This document shows, one piece after another, positions 1 through 13,086 of a stretch of DNA of 35,216 nucleotides; the stretch's first letter is position 1, and every line of letters begins with the position of its first letter. This DNA is from Batkoa obscura (lineage: Eukaryota). The DNA is taken from positions 1-35,216 of the forward strand of contig JASVEC010000181.1 in the NCBI GenBank assembly GCA_030770535.1. Reading direction: 5' to 3'. Both the position numbers and the translations under genes were made by a program. Under the pieces are notes generated by a model, which was not told where the DNA came from, did not search any database, and was given only the letters and a program-made list of their open reading frames with translations.

Positions 1-3000
1 TCATTGTAATAAAAAATACCTGTATCTCCATGAATTTTTTACATTTTTTCCAACTAAATCAATTGTTTGTTTTGATTTTCTTGTAGTTTTTTAAGTCCAA
101 GTTGAATAGATTGAATTTGTTGAGATACAGCTGATAATATTTTTTCTTCTAATCTATTGAATTCATCAAAACAACCCCAAGCACCCACTTGACATAATCC
201 AATAAAAATCCTTCCCATGGCTTGGAAATCAAAATTTTCATCGCAACAAAATACTAAAACAAATCTACCTAATTGGACTCCTAATGCTTTAACAGATTCT
301 GTTTTTCCTGTACCTGCTGGTCCAAAAGGAGAACCACCTAATCTAGCTTCTAAAGCTTGCGTTAATGTTAAATAGCAACGATCTGTTAATGGGGTTTGCA
401 CTAATCGATCTGGAATACCTAAATATTCATAGCCATAGTAGAAATTAGCATTGGCCATTTGAATATTTAATCGATGTAATGGCTCTTGTATAGTCGAATT
501 ATAATAGAATCGCATTTGGTATAACCAATTGAAATCTTTATTGTTAATGACTTTGTTTTTGATTAATAATCGAATTACATCCCTTTGATGAACTAATTCA
601 GTAATTAAATGTTCACATTTACGTCGTTGAGTTACTACTAAATCTGTTAAAACAGCATCTGCTAATGTAATCAATCCTCTTTCTACTTTGTTTAATGCTG
701 AATCAAAATGAGTTAAATCTAATTTATCATTTTTTGAAGTAATAAAGCCATCTTCGATTGTTTGAGTCCAAATAGCTTGAGAAGCAAGTACAACTAATTG
801 AGCTGGATATTTATTAATCCATTGCATAAACAACTCATTATTTAAATTATCTGCTAAATAAACTGTAGATAATTCTTTGATAGCATCATCTAATAACAAA
901 GCCAATGAAACTTTCATTTCACTTTCAATCATTGTTAACCAATCATTAATTCTTGGATTTTCTTTTAATATGATTGGTTTTTTAAATAATACTTCTTCTC
1001 CATCTTTTGATGCCATACCAATAATAATACTTGTATCTTCGTTTAATAGTATATTATTAATACCAGCAAACATTTTTTTAAAATGTTTTTGAATTCTCAA
1101 TATATCTTTACTATTTCCAATAATTTCTAATAAATCTTCATCACCTACAAAATAAAATCGTGGGAAAGAAGATCTTTCTTTTTCTAAATACTCACCCAAT
1201 GCCTTTTGAATTTTACTTAATAAATCTTTTAATCTCTCTAATGATTTTTGAATATTTGGTATATTTAATACATCTAAAACAAAAGGAGACTTATACACTT
1301 TCTTCATAGCTGTTAAAAATTCGGCATTAATATTTTGAAATCTTGAAGTTTCCATTGGTAATAAGTGTTTAATATCTGCTGAACCTGAAAATATACCTTC
1401 AAGATAAACCCATTGACGTTGTACATCAATCCAAACATCAAAGAAAAGTACATAAATTCGATTTAATTTATCTTCCCAAGCTGAAGCTTCTTCTTCAAAC
1501 ACTTTATAATAAGGAGACATTTTCATAGCTGTTAATGAATTTAAATTTTCACTACATTTTGTCATCATATCATCCCATCCTTTGATTAATCGACATTTAT
1601 TTTGATAATTTACCAATTCTAATGTATAACTACTCCATGTTTCTTTGACTTGTTTAATAAATTCTTCTAAAGCCATTTCTCCTTGAGCAACTATTATAAT
1701 TTCTCTAGCAATAACTTCATTCTTATCCAAATCCATATCCCAAATATTACCTAAAGTCATTTCTGATAAAAAGAATTTACCTTCACAATCAAGTTGTTTG
1801 AATAATTGTCTCCAGTGACGTTCACGTAAAGCATCCGATTTTAACTCAGTTAATATAGTATTAACTTTTAAATAACTATTTAATAAATCAATTATATAAC
1901 TATAAGCTGGATATTGATGAATTCTGGGTGGTAATTTTCTGGCTTCAGAGACACATTCTTCAATTTGTAATCGAATTTTTCTAGGAACAACAGAAGCCCA
2001 AGTATTATCACGTAACATATAAATAGATTGCCAGATACCAGTTAATGCATTCCATACAGATTTAAGATCACCAAGTTCTTCTAGTACTGGACTTAATCGA
2101 TCATTTAAAGTAACATCTAATTTTAATGCCTTCTTTGCTGAATAAACTTGATCATATTCTTCTTTTAATCGAGTAAGACGACCTTCAAATATATTTAATG
2201 TGTTAATGGCAATATCTGGTTTAATATCTCCTGCTTTAGGTATATCTTTATTCCATTCAGTAATTAAATTAGTAATTTTATCCTCAACAATTTTATCTTG
2301 AGCAATAATTTTCATTTGTAATCCAGCTACTTGTTCTTGAATTGAATTATTTTTACGTGCTAAAATTTCATTAAAGGCACTCCATTCTCCTTCCACTTGA
2401 TCAACATATAACCAATCCGATGGAAATTGATACCTTTGACGTTCCAATGTTTTTTGTCCATGTCTATAAAGTTCAATATCAGCACTCCATTGTTCTACTT
2501 TTAATTTGATATCTTCAACAAAAGTAATAAAAGTAACTACTTCGGAAGTGGCATTAGTATCTAATGAAAACCTTTCTAAACCAGCACGTGCTTTTGATAC
2601 TTGTACATTAAATTCTTTCATTGAATTACCAAGTTTAATACCAAATTCTTTTAAGATTTCCTTTTGCCAAGAATCATATTTGGAATTGACTTTACTTTGA
2701 ACTTGTTCATAATCTACAATAATTGGTCCAAAATTCTTTTCAGTTTCCGAATTATCAAAAGTTGCTCTTGCTTTTTTAATTTCAATTAAAATTTGTTGCC
2801 ATTGAAATAAATCATCCCCAAGTTTAGTATAAACAATCTCTGGTTCTAAATCCCAGAGTGATTGATATTGTAACCAAATTTTAACATAGTCAGAAACTTC
2901 TTTAATTTTACTTTCAATCTTTTCATAAGCTGAAGTTAATGCATCATCATCTAAATCTTTAATAATAGACATATAAGTTAGATCCCTTGGATCTTCAGAT

Positions 3001-6000
3001 TCTTCACCAATATTAAATTCATAACGAGAACTCTGTAGTTTAGGTAAAGAACATACAATTGATATCCAATTGGATAATTGTTTATACCAGTTTTCACGTG
3101 CATCTTCAATAGGTGGATCTAAATGCATAATTTGATCACGAATTAAAATTTCATGAATTAGAGATTGAATATTAGGTTGATATTCTATCTTTTGGTTGGC
3201 TTCTTTATCATTTGCATTAATTGATTTATCTAAATTTCTACGTTTGATTGTTAATAAAGATTTAGATTCTAATGAATTGTTATTATTAGAATCATTAATC
3301 TTCAAAAAAGCATTAGTCCAAGCACGTAATGCTTTTTGTAATCGGATCAACAAAACGTCTTTAACTTGAGTATCTAAATACTCTACCCATTGATCTAAAT
3401 TACTATAGGATTCAAAATTTAATTGGTCAATTATTTTTTGAATTAATTTTAAATTAGATAACAAATCTTCATGAGTAAATGGACAGCTTTGTAACGAATT
3501 GAGAATCTCTTTAATTTCATTATCAATTTTTAAAACTGCATCCATTTTAGTTTGAAAAGTAAATATTAAACTAGAAAAATCTTGAATAAAATCATTATGG
3601 CGTGTTTCTGAGTGAGCAAATTCACCACCTGAGAATACAATGCGATTGTCATATTGATTAACTAAATAATCCCAACGTAAAGCTATACCTTGTGTAATTA
3701 AATCTTGTACTTCTTTATAATAAGAAGCAACAAGCATAGATACTTCTGGATGACTCTCATATTTATCAACTACTTGTGTATAAGTTCTTACGGATTCAAT
3801 TAAACTAATGGCAAATGGATAGATACGTTTCACATCACTAGCTAAATTACGAATAGTATAAGGTACTTTAAAACCAAGCCATAATAAATTACGACATTCT
3901 TTAAATAAAGTAATAATTTGGTTATCAAAGTTAATAGCAAGAGAATACGAATTGTTTTGAGCACGATTTCGAATAACAGAAAAGATGTTACCAGAAATTT
4001 TATGATTTCTTGATGCTATTTCATCTTGCCACATTTCAAAGATTTGTCTTGTATTTAATTTCTTTTTAAAACTAGAACTTTCTGATTCTAACTTTTGACC
4101 ATCTGCATACATCTCCCATCCTTTCCCTAACACATCCTCTACTCTCTTCATATACATAGATAATTGACGATCGATTTGTTTGACCCAAATAATAGTACCT
4201 GAAATGGGTGGAATATCACGTAATTGACTCATGTGATGGGCTTGAGAATTTCTATATTGAACTTTAAATTTCTCATGTAAAGCTTGGATATCTTTTTTAA
4301 CACTTTCAATTAATTGAGTTTGATATTCTTGAATAGCACCACGAATTTTGGGACGTACAAATAAAGCATTAAATTTTGAAAACACTCGAAACATTTCATT
4401 AGCATTTTTAGCAGCACCAAGTAAATTACGTAATTTAATAATGATTTGATTTTCAACTCGAGATATCTTTTCATTATAATTGGTTTCAGCAACAACCCAA
4501 ACTTCAGTTCCTTCGGGCGTAATATCTAATATATCGATATGTTTGATATTTTCATAAGCTAATCTTACCTCCTCAACCGCATTTAAATCACTTACAGTGA
4601 CATTATCAGCTTCATTAGATCCCTTTCTATTTTGAGATGGTCTTGCCATTACCTTATCAATAGTAGATTGAAGTTGATCGTGTTGTTTTCTAAATAATTG
4701 AATAAATGATAATCTTTCTTGAAGTTTTTGATGAGCTGGTTCTAATTTAAAATAGAAAAACTTTTCACCACGTTTTCTAGTAAGATCTCTAGCTAAGGTT
4801 GAATATTCTCTGGCTAAATCTTCCCAATTGGAAAATAAGCGTTCAACACTACGCATAATTGAATCGAATTCATGGTAATCAATATACATCAACCGACGTG
4901 TATTTAAAATTTTGGTTAATTGTTGAGTTAAATCTCTGGAGATAGCTTCCATAAAGGCAATCGAACGACGAATGGGATAAGACGAATTTCTCAATTTTTT
5001 ATGTAAATGAGAATGTACTTGAACAAAAGCATCTGTTAAACGATCTACATCTGGAGCTGATAAAAGATCACTAATAGGAAAATCTTTCATAATGGTATTA
5101 TACTTCAATACAGTTTCTAAAGCTTCTTGAAGTCCAGTATCAGCATGGAAACTAACAGTAGCATGGAAACGTTTAGCATGTTTAAGAATTTCCAAGGTAA
5201 GAATGATAGCATCGCTTCTAAGCTCCACATCAATACGATCTAAAGCTCTTTCCATACTTAGCCAAAAATTAATTTCTTGAAGTGCGGAACCAGTCGAAGG
5301 GTCTCTAGTAAGTTTGGTGACTTTTTGAATTTCTTTAATCCAACGATTGACATCGGCTTGAAGTGCATTTAAAAATGAGGAATCTTGAAGTAGTTTACCA
5401 TCAATAGTATCTACAGTAACTCTTTGACCTTTATTCAAATTTTCTTCAACTGCTTTTTGAATCACTGGATGAATCACTAAAGTTATATCGGGTATCTCAA
5501 CATTTTGTTGAAGATGTAATAAAGAAAGTTCAAGTTCGGCAATTTTTTTCTTGGCTGCTGGTACTCCCATAGTTGAGCTTTCATCCCTTTTATTAGCTTG
5601 AATATCTGTTGAAGTTCCTAACTTAGCATTTGTAAATGCATTGAAATAAGGACTGACTGCATGATGAATATAAGCATGAAGTGCTTCATAAGGTGAAATA
5701 GAGTCGGAATTTGGGCCAGGTAAATTAATAAATTGAATCTGGTTTTGAAGTGGTTTAGTTTGGTCTAATACAGATACCCTTTTAATTAAAGCAATACAAG
5801 CAACTATACCAGTACGATATTCCACTTCAAGTTTAAGGGAATATAAAAAGCCAGAGGTTTCATCTAATTAAGATTGTAAGTATTTTTGTTTAAAAGAATA
5901 AAAAATAAAGAGCAAAAAGTACCTGAAGCGTCTAAACCTAATTTTTCTTTCAATATATACATTACTGAAGTTTGAGGGTCCGTTGAAAACTTCAAACAAT

Positions 6001-6190
6001 TTTCAATAGTTTCTGGAAACTCTAATAGAGAAGTTTCAATATCCGCTTGTTTTGAGTCTAAAGTTAATGGCAGTAATTGACAGATAAAATCAATTAAAAT
6101 TTGACAATCATAATTATTAAGATCTACTACCACTTCACTTGAAATCGGACTCCCTATATCAATAGGTGATTTGGTACTCTCTTCTTCCAT
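1..6190 (-). CDS. DYN1: Cytoplasmic dynein 1 heavy chain, N-terminal ~2000 aa (tail, linker, AAA1); continues beyond the left edge
   Basis: Exon 1 is 6190-5923, with a 59-nt intron at 5922-5864 (CAG|GTACTT...TAATTAG|AT) joining in frame (..LDASD-ETSGFLYSLKLEVEYR..). Recognisable motifs: EINFWLSMERAL, LRERHW, FPRFYFVGDEDLLEIIGNS, AAA1 P-loop GPAGTGKT, WGCFDEFNRL. Beyond the stop at 54, dynein sequence continues in shifted frames. Confidence 0.98.
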
Positions 6191-8049
6191 GTTTTTTTTC
6201 TGTATTTAAAAAGTTTTTTGTTGGAAAAAGTTTATATGATTTTTTTGGAAAAAAAGTAGTTGTAAAATTTGTCCGATAAAAATTTTACAATTTACTACGC
6301 GTCACTGAGAGTGGTAATTGGAGTTTTCTTAACCAATTAAAATTGTACATGGTTTCCAGGGTTGAATTTCCTAATTTTAATTCTATATTTTATAAAAATG
6401 AATATTGTATTTTATGCCCTTTAAGCTCTTTCATTTTAGCCTTATATCATTACTATCTAGCCTTTAATTCAGCACTAACTATTTTGATGAGTAAGTTTCT
6501 AACTATTGTAGCTTCGTTAAATGTTTTTATTTTTAGCGTATTTTATAATCTTTGAAAATGCGTCTACTGAATTTTAATACTGAAAAATGGTGGGCATTAA
6601 GCACTATGTTGCTGAAAATTATAGCCATATGAATTTTTCTCTTTCCAAGGTAATATACTTTAGAGTTCTAACTCTAAGATTTACAGATAAAATCACGACT
6701 ATACTTTTTATTTAAGGGCTCAGTTAGTGAATGTTTTAGATCTAAATTACTTCAAAAGTGAACAAAAACTTTTATATAAATTACATAATTACATAAATTT
6801 TATGAAAATATTTTTATTTTATTGTTATATATTTTCCATTCAGCATAAAATTTAAAATTGTTACTGGTTAAATATTGAAGAAGCATTTATCTAGATTAAA
6901 ATTTCTCAAAAAAGCAACTACATTCGGTATTCATGTTTAATCAATACTTTTAAATAATTATGCCCAAAAAACAGTTCAACATTGGATTTAAAGTAATTTA
7001 TTGTAACAATATTTTTATATCACTCCTATTGTACTTTTAACATTTAAATGTCCTTTAGCAAAAATAGTATAGTTTTTCTAAATAACAATTTTCAGAATTT
7101 TTTTAATTTATAAATTGATTCATGAGCAAGGTTTATAAAAACATCTAACAAAATATCTAGTTAGCTATATAAGTTATATTAAATTTTTTAAAGTCTGGGC
7201 TTCTATTTTTAGTTTATATTAATTTAATTTGTTTAACAAGTTAGCGAATGTAAAGTATTTTACTATCTACGATTTACACTTGAAGTAGGTTTCCAGTTTT
7301 TTTAAATTTTTGGTTTTAATATAATAAAGTTTACAAACCATTACTAATCAAATTAATTAATTTTATGTTATTATACTAAAAAAACATATTAAACATTGAC
7401 ATAACTAACATGTTTTAGAAATTTCACTATTTTTATAGAAGCTGATTTATTAATATAAATCAGAAAAGTAAATAAAATACAGATATCTTTGTAGAATAGA
7501 CTATAAATATCCTCCAATAGTCTGTTAAAATAGATGTGATTTTAGCTTCTTACTTTATATTGTGTTTGAAGATTGGACATCTAGAAAATACAACAAAATC
7601 AGTCAAAACTCATTTAATAGTGATAGTAAGATTAACCGTTTTATCATACTAATTTGAAATACATTTGTTTATTTTATATATCTAAGATCAAACAATTTAT
7701 AACTATAAACTAATTTCCTACCGGTTAAATTAAACCTAAATGTATAAGATGATCCTATACCGTATATCTATTACTCAAGTCATCTTTTTTGGTAAGCTAT
7801 TACTCGCTATACTTTAATAATAACAAATAGATCAAACTTAGCATACAAACTCGATGGGCATTTTTATCTAAAACTTAAGGTAAGTATTTTATATTCGACT
7901 AAATATTTATTAATATTAAAATCTTAATATTGATAGTGTAAATAAAAAATCTTACTAATATAATGATGTAAATAGAAATAATTATTTTGATTTGATTACA
8001 TCCTTGAACTGTGCTCCAAACTTTCTCTCATTGATATATATAAAGTGGA

Positions 8050-8806
8050 ACATGGGTATTAAAAGACATAGAACCAATTAAAATTATGGTAGGGAGCTTA
8101 GCAGAACATCATGATATTGTAACTGCTATTATACATTATAGCTTAAGCCAAAATGATGGGAATAATGGAACTAAGCATCCAAGTCATGCTATAGGTACCT
8201 TAAGTGTCTTCTTCAATGCTACTTCTTAATTGAATCACTTAAATTGATAGGTAATAAAGTCCTTGTAAGTGAGCATTGTATTCATAGACATTAAGTGCCT
8301 TGTTAAAATTAAATATTAATCAAAGTACCAAAGATGATAGTAGTGTTAATTTATTAAAGCAAATTAAAAGAATAACACCAGTTGACGGTATCTTTGATAT
8401 ATAATTATCAGTTAAATAAGATAACTCTTATATTTAAAAAAATATTAAACCAGAATTTGGTAGTAACTTATTATTGAATAATAAACCAAGTGTTTGGAAA
8501 GCGACCTCACTACAATATACCATTGTTTCCAATTCCTTAAAAAAGATTTCATATATCTCTTTACCAGAATAATTGCTAATTGATTCCACTGAAGTTACTC
8601 CCATTGATTCCCAACAAACGCTCGATCCACCAAATATTTGAACGATATTGAGTTGAACCAAGTTGATGCTATTCAAGGTAAATTTGGATAGCGCGATCGA
8701 ATTACTACCTATATTAGAGTACAAGATAGCATTTGTAAATTTATCTTGAATTAAAAGCTTTGATATCTCATTGTAACCCTGAATACTTTAATTTATACAA
8801 TCAGTC
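8050..8806 (-). pseudogene. Possible decayed membrane-protein gene remnant (unassigned)
   Basis: 96-aa ORF at 8434-8724 plus hydrophobic, stop-interrupted frames downstream. A putative intron (GTATGC...ATTAAAG) starts inside the adjacent inverted repeat. No family recognised. Confidence 0.25.
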
Positions 8807-9113
8807 GAAACCAGTTCGCATACCTTTTAAAAAAACAAAAAAAATGAAGTGGATAATACAGGTGTTTTTATAGTATTATAATATTATAAAAAACAAATGG
8901 AAGAAATTCAAAGTAATAAAATTCAATAACAAATATCCCTATTTTGTTATATTCAAATTTCATGTTAATTCTATAATAAAAAACTTAAGTATGTTAAAGT
9001 GTCAAATTTATTTTTTCAAACTTTTTTCAAATTTCATTCGACATTTTGATGGCCTTAATATCTACATAATATGTGTAAAATATATAACACTGTCCATAAT
9101 AAAATATTGAATT
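8807..9113 (+). repeat. Left arm of a 307-bp inverted repeat (partner 14623-14929)
   Basis: GAAACCAGTTCGCATACC...GTCCATAATAAAATATTGAATT is the reverse complement of 14623-14929. No mismatch found by eye. Confidence 0.97.
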
Positions 9114-9301
9114 TTATAATACAAAAAAAACAAACATTACATTATTAAAATTCACTATTGATAGTAATAAACTTAATCAGGGAATACATGAAAATTATTA
9201 CTTTAAAGGGAACAGGAAGGAAAAACCTACAAGTAGCATTATCATCAACTATAGTCTCAGTATATTTCTTGAAAAATATAAAAGTTTTAGATTCAACATA
9301 A

Positions 9302-9400
9302 GGGGATGTGTTTTTGTGTTTAATAATTTTGCTGATAGCTTTTCTACTCAAATAGCACTTAAAAGATGGAAAAAGTAATGAAGCCAAAAAAAACACCCCC
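9302..9400 (+). mobile_element. 99-bp MITE copy 1 (GGGGATGT...ACACCCCC), TSD ATAA
   Basis: Short TIRs with ATAA on both sides. Removing the MITE and one ATAA restores collinearity with the young transposase (..F-N-I-[N/S]-[R/K]-N-Q..). Confidence 0.95.
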
Positions 9401-10594
9401 ATAAGTAAGAATCAACATGATTATTTAGAAATAATTAATAATAATAAAATAATGATATTATAAATTATGATTAAAAATATCAAAAAATCAAAAATAAGCA
9501 AATTAAAATCACTGTATAATATTTACTTAAAAATTTAACTATTTTATTAAAATTTAATAAAAATATTAAATATTAAAATATTTTAAAAGATAAAGCAATA
9601 GTTAGGTTAATAATTTTTGAATAATTAGTAAGTAATTTTAAATATATAGTAAGAAAATCAGATTACATAATATGTGCTTAATATAATCAGAAGAAAATTA
9701 TTCAAAAATAAAATAAATACAGTAATAAAAAACAAAACAAACATAAAAAAATCTTTCAATAAAAAAGAGCTATACAAAATATACAAATTTTATACTAATA
9801 CTTAAAAACATGTTCAATAAAGCTATTAGAAAATCAAATAACAAAAATCAAATAACAAAAATCAAATAGTAACTTTAAATTTTAAACAAAATATAGAGAT
9901 AGAAATAGTACTAGATTTAGTAAATTTAACCCATTATAATAAATAAGCTATATTAGTATTAAATTTTGTTCTATATTCAAAAAATAACAAAATAATAAAC
10001 TTTATTTATTTTAGTCATTTCTTTAAAACATTAAGTTATAATTTAACATCTGTAAAAAATTGCTTAATTAATTTAGTATCTAAAGAATTTTTATTTAAAA
10101 AGTTTATAAAAATTAATATATAGGCAAATACAGGAAACTATTTTAAATCTCGAAAGTTTTTACATTATACATTTAAAAAAACTATAAAACAAATGACAGT
10201 TTAAATATTGATCCTAATTTTTTTATTAAACATTTTAAAAATCTTTTACAATAAAAAAATAGCTTTAAAGCATCAAATAAAATAACAAATGGGGTTGTCT
10301 GAATTAGTTTCATTATTTTATCCAATTTTTGAAAAATTTTGTATTTTAAAAACTTCGCTTAAAATTCTATAAAATCACATCTTTTATTAAAACAAAAGTA
10401 CCCAAACACAGTTCTAAATCATTCTATTATAGCTCATACTGTAAGTTAGTTGAATTTCTACTAGATCTTAAATACATGTTCTTATAAAGCTTAATTGAGA
10501 AATATTTATTATCAACTGCTTTATAACCAACATTGTAGATTTATTATCAAATAAATAAACTATTTTAATGTTATAATTACATTATTAATATATT

Positions 10595-10731
10595 GCCAAG
10601 TTAATAAATAGCTGCATGGGAGGGAATGGTCAGCCCCAAAACTATAATTAACCATCCCTAGATAGTACAAGTAATAATAGTTTTTACATATTATTACAGT
10701 TACTTGTTCTTTGACTATTTATTAACTTAGC
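10595..10731 (-). other. Predicted multi-stem structure in the transposase 3' region (homologue at 13855-13993, + strand)
   Basis: Outer stem GCTAAGTTAATAAATAGT/GCTATTTATTAACTTGGC encloses two inner stems (ACAAGTAA/TTACTTGT and AGGGATGGTTA/TGACCATTCCCT). It begins ~10 nt after the stop codon. Confidence 0.6.
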
Positions 10732-10741
10732 TATTAATAAC

Positions 10742-12423
10742 TTAAGTAATCCTAACATTTAACAATCTATTTCTATCATTCAACAAACTACTTACTTGCT
10801 TAGTAAATATCGAAATTTTTAAATTCTCTGTTATCTTTGTAAGGTAAGCTGGGATCGATCTTTTAATTTTTCTGTTTTCTATAGACTCTATAACTTTAAT
10901 TGGGACTATATCGCTTTTTTTTGATGTATCAGATACTGGATAACAATGTAGTTTATTGTTATGTTTAATAAAGTGTAAATACTTCTTAATGCCTTGCATC
11001 TCTATTATTCTTTTTGTATTTTTGTTTCTTTTATACTTTTTAAAAATTATATCTGTTTTCCCATTATTAACAGTCGAGTTATTAATTTTATTATGCTCGC
11101 AAATAAAAGCCTCAAATCTTGAAATTAATTGATCGATATCTTCTATTTTACCTAACACTTCAAAACTACTTTTCCATTTTGAAAGGTTTCCAAAATGTCC
11201 ATCAACTATACTTTTTCCATGATGCTCAGCAAAAAAATTAAGATTGACATTCAAACTACTATTTATTTTATGAATTTCTTTAAACATATAGTGTAGAAAC
11301 TCTTGGAATCTAAAATGATTTCCTGTATCTGCCCATATATTAATTTTTGTAAACTTTTTAAATAGAAGCTCTGTAGAGATTAAATCGATTAAACAATCTC
11401 CTGCATATGCTGAATCATGATTCAATATTTCAGATAAATAATCAAAGTAAACTTTGGCTATTGTTTTATCATCTTTTAAATATAATACACCAAAACCTAA
11501 TACTGATATAGCTTGTTTATTATAATGATCTAGATTTATTGAATCTGGTCTTGTCCCTATTTCCATATTTTGTTTAAAATCTAAAACTATTATACAACTT
11601 TTGTTATTTAATTTTTTGATAGTTTCATTAAATGTGTTTTTTTGAGTATCAACACAGAATTTATGTAATTTGTATAATTTTTCTTCTTCGTTGAAAATTT
11701 CTTTTATCTCTGCTTTGTTTTTTGCTGTATTTATTTTATTTTCAAATAACTTTTTTCTAACTGTATACTGGGTACATATATTACATAGATCCGTTTTTCT
11801 TGCTGGATTTTTGAAATTAGTTGGTATATATTTAAAGAACGTTGACCTAGCTACTGCTTTATCTCTTAGATCATTCTTCTACTTTTATTTAATATATATA
11901 TATTATCTGATGAATATTTACTATCGTTATTTTTTTTATTAAATCTTGATGAAATAGTTGAATCATTTAGTAAATATTGTATGATAGTTTCAATTTGGTC
12001 ATCTTTAATTTTTTTTGTATTTTTAATAATAGGTTTTAATGTTGATATTTTATTATTATTACTTGTTTTTGAATAATCATATTGATTTCTATTTATATTA
12101 AACCCAAAACTCTTACATTCATCAAAAGAATATACTGAAGCTATAGTTGATAATAACGCTACTTGCTGGTTTTTGTTTCCTGTTTCCCTTAAAGCACTAA
12201 TTTTATACATTACTTGATTAAGTTTATTATTATCGATAGTAAACTTTGATAATATATCTTTTCTTTGTTTTGTTTTATTATAAAATTCCATAAACCTTGG
12301 GTTGTTATAAGTAGCTCTTAAAATTGATGTAAATGAATTACAATGTTTATATTGTGTACTCCTCCCTATTGTATTGAAGTTTTCAAAAATTCCATTTCGA
12401 AGTTTAGTTATGAAAGTTTGCAT
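10742..12423 (-). pseudogene. Sola-like DDD transposase (~560 codons) broken by one frameshift near 11870
   Basis: ORF 12423-11866 is followed in another frame by DLRDKAVARSTFFKYIP..KTDLCNIC..LHK..CIIVLDFKQN, which runs into ORF 11566-10742. Putative catalytic Asp residues lie in DFKQN, WADTGNHF and FFAEHHGKSIVDGHFG. Confidence 0.88.
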
Positions 12424-12752
12424 TTTATTTTTATTTCAACAAAAAATAAAGTCAAATAACTGTATTTATATAATTATATAATCATATAGTTATATATTAT
12501 ATATCTGTTAAATATCTAACAGAACTAACATAAAATATATAGTTAGGAAAATTAGCTATTCAAGAAAAGGAAACAATTAAAATAAGTTTTAAATAGAGAC
12601 ATTTAATTTTAGGCTTTTTAGATTTAACCGTTATATTGAACACAAACTTGGAATTTTAAATTTGGATTAATTTCTAAGTAGATTCTGAAACCAATTAGGA
12701 CAGCCCCAAATGTTAATCAATTAATTTTAAAGGTTGAGATTTTTATTTTTAA

Positions 12753-12935
12753 TGCAAAATATCAATTTGTCAGCCCCATAGCTAACTATAGCATAGTAGT
12801 CACCTAAGCTGTTGTGTTCTCATATTAAACCAAAATAAGAGCGTGGGATTGATTGTCTCTGAACTTGAGAACACAACAAGTTAAATAGTTATTATGCTAC
12901 GATCAACCATGGAGCTGGCAAAGCAATATTTTACA
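12753..12935. mobile_element. 183-bp foldback (MITE-like) element with ~70-bp imperfect arms and TG...CA ends
   Basis: TGCAAAATATCAATTTGTCAGCCCCATAG...TGTTGTGTTCTCA pairs with TGAGAACACAACA...GGAGCTGGCAAAGCAATATTTTACA. It sits in the old transposase at a site missing ~35 codons; no TSD visible. Confidence 0.75.
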
Positions 12936-13086
12936 AAATACAAGGTATCAAAAAGTATTTACATTCTATTAAACATAATAATAGACTGTATTAATATCCA
13001 ATATCTGATAAATAAATAAAAACGATATAATTTTGATTAAAGTTATAAAGTTTATAAAAAATATAAACCAAAAGATTAACCCCAGC

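Larger units (their letters stand above)
10291..12707 (-). mobile_element. Sola-like cut-and-paste DNA transposon, 2417 bp, 22-bp imperfect TIRs, 4-bp TSD AAAT
   Basis: Left end GGGGTTGTCTGAATTAGTTTCA versus right end (reverse complement) GGGGCTGTCCTAATTGGTTTCA, 18/22 matches. AAAT at 10287-10290 and 12708-12711. Contains a DDD-type transposase gene. Confidence 0.93.

Noticed and set aside
54..5825. Naturally split dynein heavy chain, as known from some basidiomycetes
   Set aside because: Conserved dynein residues continue immediately after the stop in shifted frames at homopolymers, which an artefact explains better.
6560..7000. Possible Tc1/IS630 remnant (WLNIEEAFI resembling LNPIEEAF)
   Set aside because: It rests on a single weak motif with no TIRs found, and is too degenerate to support.
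9145..9402. ORFs 9145-9402 (-) and 14317-14505 (+) sharing GVFF(L/F)ASLLFPSFK
   Set aside because: The shared peptide is a chance translation of the MITE sequence, not a gene family.
10291..12707. Fanzor/TnpB-type RNA-guided nuclease in the transposon
   Set aside because: No RuvC or C-terminal zinc-finger motifs were found. The two ORFs join into a single DDD transposase.
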